A stretch of 64,000 nucleotides of DNA from assembly GCA_964188305.1 (NCBI GenBank), contig OZ076886.1. One strand, given 5' to 3'. Of the stretch, positions 59,991 through 64,000 are shown one piece after another; position 1 is the first letter of the stretch, and the number at the start of each line of letters is the position of its first letter. The position numbers and the translations under genes are program-made. Source of the stretch: Podarcis bocagei (taxonomy: Eukaryota). The notes beneath the pieces are model-generated. The model saw only the letters and a program-made list of their open reading frames with translations, had not been told where the DNA came from and did not search any database.

Positions 59991-62900
59991 TATTAAAGCA
60001 AGGTGGGGTGGGGAGATTAGCTAACCTTCTTCAGACAGGAACTGTGGCCCATCCTTTGAGCCATAAAGCTTCCTCTGCCTGTCCTGAGAAGCCAGAATGC
60101 TTAAGTGGCACAAGAGGTAAGGCACTGTAGACTGGCTGTTAAAGAACTCAGTTTGAAATTCCCTGTTGCCACCATGATGCTCGCATCAGTGTACATGGTG
60201 AAGATAAGAGTTCTGAAATTATAGCAGAAAAGCTCTGAAGAACACAACTGTGTTGCCTGAATTGGTGAATGGGCTAAAACATTTTACCACCTGCTGTCAA
60301 ACTGATGCTGTTGAGAAAGAGTGAAATTTACAAGAGGTGGGGGGCAGGGGTGGTTCTTGAAATTACCACTTTCCCCAAAAAAGCACCTTGACATATGAGG
60401 TTAGGCTGGGATGAGAGTCAGTGATGAAAATCTTCAAAACATCCTGCCTACAAAAGTATCAGAACCATTTAAACAAAAAACCCACCACACCATAAACATG
60501 TTATTTTTGTAGAGGTGAGAAAACAGGAGGGTTTTGTTTTTACCTTTAAGTCACTAAAGGTTCTTTATAATGAGAAAACCTTTAGTGACATAATGACCTC
60601 TGAATAACAAGTAAATTCATTATAGGCCAACTTGATAGGCAACCTAGCTGCCTTCACATGTCTAATGCAATTATATTGAAGTAGATTTGATTATGCAGCT
60701 GTGAGTAATAACAATATAGTATAAGAAAGTAAAAATTAAAGAAAATGCAAAGAGGGAGCATGATAAGAAGCTGAGGGATGTCCATCAGTTGAGGATGAAA
60801 GTGTTTGATTCTAGAAGATCTTAGAAGTTTCAGGTTTTTCCCAGTGAGTTCATGACATTGCCCACCCCCACCCTATTCCCAGTAACTGAAACCAATCATT
60901 TGTCATTAGGAAAGGAGATCTGGAAATTAAATATAACGACAAACATTTCAGTCTTGTTTACACCAGAGAATGAAAAAATGTAACAGGGAAGAATTCCCAG
61001 ATTGTGTGAGAACCGAACAGAGCCTGTGCTTTCCTAGCTTTAGCATGGCCTGAATGAAATTGAGTATCTTGAATATGTTTCTTAAGTACTGAGCCAGCAA
61101 GTTGTCATTACGATGTACTGCCAGTATTAGTTAAAGTGCTAATGAAGTCAACCCTCCCTAGCCGTATGTCCCAGAAAGCATCCAGCTTGTTTTGTCCCAT
61201 AGAACTCAATAGGAGCCATGGGGAATTGAACATGCAGCTGTACAATTTGTGATGCACTGAGCTAGCTCCAGTCCCTTTGGTCCAGCAGGTGCTCACTCAA
61301 TAAAGAAACCTTCCTGGTTTTGCTGCTGAGCTGGGCTGCGAAATGAAGGGGCTTGTCAGTTCTCCTTGCCACAATGTATGACTGGTGGGTTGCATTCCAT
61401 TTGGCAAGTCACAACTCATGCAAGTCAAGCATAGTCCAGTCCATTCACTTCCAATAGCCAGTTATGATTTTATTATATGTGACACTAAAATATTCACCGT
61501 ATTTTAAAAAAGTTTTTATGAAAGATTTTGAGGGTGTTACAAAACAAGCAGATAAACAGGAAAGGGTGCACTCATTGTCTCCACTTTCAATTCATAGTCT
61601 TTTTCACAGTTCATTTACATTAAGTGAGAGCAAAATATTCATTTAATGCACACTTTCACTCAACGTGTGTATTTGTATAAACATTGTTTGTTTGGAGAAC
61701 TGCATTGCAAAATTCAGCTAAGTGTGAATTTTGAAGTATAGCTATGTTTCGGTTTGCATATTGTTTTGGAAGGGGTGGATTTGATAGAGTCACCTTTAAA
61801 TGCACACTGAATAGAATTTTCGCTCCAGCCCTACCCACTACTGATCTAAACCATTATCTTTATTACACATCATTTACCAAGAGCGATTCATTCTCAGGAG
61901 ATAGTGGAGCCTTCTCCTGAGATCCAAGAATAATTCTGTGTTTATAAATATTCACAAGATGCTAGGAATAATTTCATCAGGTTTCCTTGGTCACTCTCCA
62001 CATGTTCAGCATGGAATTCTGCCGTCCCATCAAGGCAATAATATTTCCCCAGGCCTGTTACTCACGGAGACAGCAGGCGCTCTGGTCTGGCAGAAAATAA
62101 AATCCTCTCCTTGTAGGTCTCCATTGATGGCTGTCTAGTAAAAGGAGGGGAAATTAATTGAAGATGGACCGTAATTAAGTAGTTATGTTATTAAGCCAAA
62201 CCATCAGGGTAAGTGCCTGTACAGCATATGTATTTGATCTTATCGCTCTCTTTTCTACCACAGCATTATTGAAGGTAAATGAATAAGGAGACTAATTATT
62301 CCATTTCTTCTTGGGGTGGTGGGTGGGAGAATCAGAGGGGGAGGAAAGTTGAGTCACACAAGTTGTCACATTATGGCTATAAAATCCATATTTTTTACTA
62401 TAATGGTATTTCTGAGAATTTTGCTCCATTAGGAAATCAAGAAGAAAGGAAGAGTGAGATTTAGTGGATAAAAGACTATCTTGAGTTCCTACACCCATTT
62501 TGCGCTGAGCAGTACAATTTCAGTGTTGCATAAGGACTTTTAAAATATCTCTCTTTCATCTCTGAAACAGAATTTTCCATTAACACGACAAAGCCATTAG
62601 TACAAGTCAGCTGGGACTTTCTTTGCGATTGACTGTTTCATCTTCAAGTTATTATTATCAGCAGCAGATTTACTGCAGTTCCTACTCAGATCGCTACGCC
62701 GTTAAAGCACACTTGCAAACTACAAAACATGCAAGAGGAGAGAGAGGTTTTGATTCAAACATTACACTAAGAACACATGTAAGGAAGCCAAGATGATTTA
62801 TAAGAAGTCCGAGGATATTAATGAGAGGCACTTACTGTAGGTTCTCAGAGTCTTACCTTCAACCATTCTAGCTCAAGTCGTATAATGTAACCTCCTTTGC

Positions 62901-63111
62901 TTGAGATTCTGTAGCACCCAGTCTGGGAAGCCCCACATAATCCACCTCCTCTGTTTCTGTTGAATATTGAGCTTTCATCCTTCTCTCAAATGTTTCTATC
63001 TCACCAAAGGTGGACTATCACTAGGCACACTGTCATTTTCTACAAGGTTGCAAGTGACTATTTAAACAGGAATTTCAAGGGCTATTCAGATAACGAAAGT
63101 ACTCCCTATAC

Positions 63112-63347
63112 CAGGAGTCAGCAAACTTTTTCAGCAGGGGGCCGGTCCACTTTCCCTCAGACCTTGTGGGGGGCCGGACTATATTTTGAAAAAATAATAA
63201 TGAACGAATTCCTATGCCCCACAAATAACCCAGAGGTGCATTTTAAATAAAAGGACACATTCTACTCATGTAAAAACACACTGGTTCCCAGACCATCCGT
63301 ATGGGCCGGATTTAGAATGCGATTGGGCCTTAGTTTGCCTACCCATG
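63112..63347 (+). mobile_element. hAT MITE, shorter variant
   Basis: CAGGAGTCAGCAAAC...GTTTGCCTACCCATG; TSD CCCTA(T/C)AC at 63104-63111 and 63348-63355. Confidence 0.88.
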
Positions 63348-64000
63348 CCCTACACATACATTCAGTGAATGCAAAGGAAGGGAGGAACTTGATTGCACCC
63401 ATTTGCCAAGCTTTGCCGCCAATGCCAACATGCCTTCTAGCTATGCCTTATGAATTCTCTTTTCTACACAGCCATTACATCTGTCGGAGCCCCATTCTTT
63501 TTTCTTTTTTTAACCTGGCCACTGTACTTTGAGTATATTCCTATGCAGAGCCATACAGAGGATCTATTCTTTTAAGGGGAGCAAAGGATACATGGAAGAT
63601 TCTGGAAACAATGGAGTTATTATTTGAGGAGCTATGTTTTGTGAACCAAAACAGAGAAAGTTAGATGGTCCACCTTAAAAAAAAAGGAGCAAAGACAGAA
63701 CAAGGAGGATATGAAGTTAGCATGAATACAGACCACCTTTAAAATCCATCAGCGAGTTATTGAAACTCAGAAATTTCAAGAGGATACCTTCCAACATTTC
63801 AGAGATGAAAATAGGGACGTGCCTGCATGTGACTGGGTGGGGCACGGGGTAAAGTTTGTAGACAATAGAAGAACCAATGCAATTCTGATTCAGATGTGCT
63901 ACAAGTTGACAGTAGGGACTAAAACTGCAAATGGTTCCACAAGCACTACACAACAAAGGCGCTTCCAGCTACAGTAGTAGCTTAATGTAACAGAAAAATC

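Noticed and set aside
6000-64000. Remaining short 60-140 aa ORFs in unique DNA
   Set aside because: No recognisable domains, mostly non-ATG starts and no consistent splice structure; consistent with random ORFs.

Overview
Vertebrate genomic DNA from a squamate reptile, most likely a lacertid-type lizard (inferred from Sauria/Squam SINEs, BovB, young L2, CR1, Rex1/Babar and Penelope-like elements). I found no host protein-coding exon, rRNA or intact tRNA gene, so the window looks intronic or intergenic. Every ORF with recognisable homology comes from a retroelement: a 5'-truncated L1-clade copy split by a young antisense L2, a Rex1/Babar RT inside a solo LTR, BovB, RTE, CR1 and a Penelope GIY-YIG. 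There are also many MITEs (Tc1/mariner-type with TA TSDs, hAT-type with 8-bp TSDs). Repeat-poor stretches contain homeodomain/TALE-motif-rich blocks resembling conserved non-coding enhancers, though conservation is untested. The most notable signal is a minimal hammerhead ribozyme in Penelope pseudo-LTRs. It is present in one longer GIY-YIG-bearing copy and in two ~135-bp TSD-flanked insertions, and a third short insertion is a ribozyme-less pLTR hairpin. Other highlights are a twin-primed BovB, CR1-tailed SINEs with different tRNA heads, and several nested insertions. Family names come from pattern recognition, not database searches. Boundaries without TSDs are approximate.
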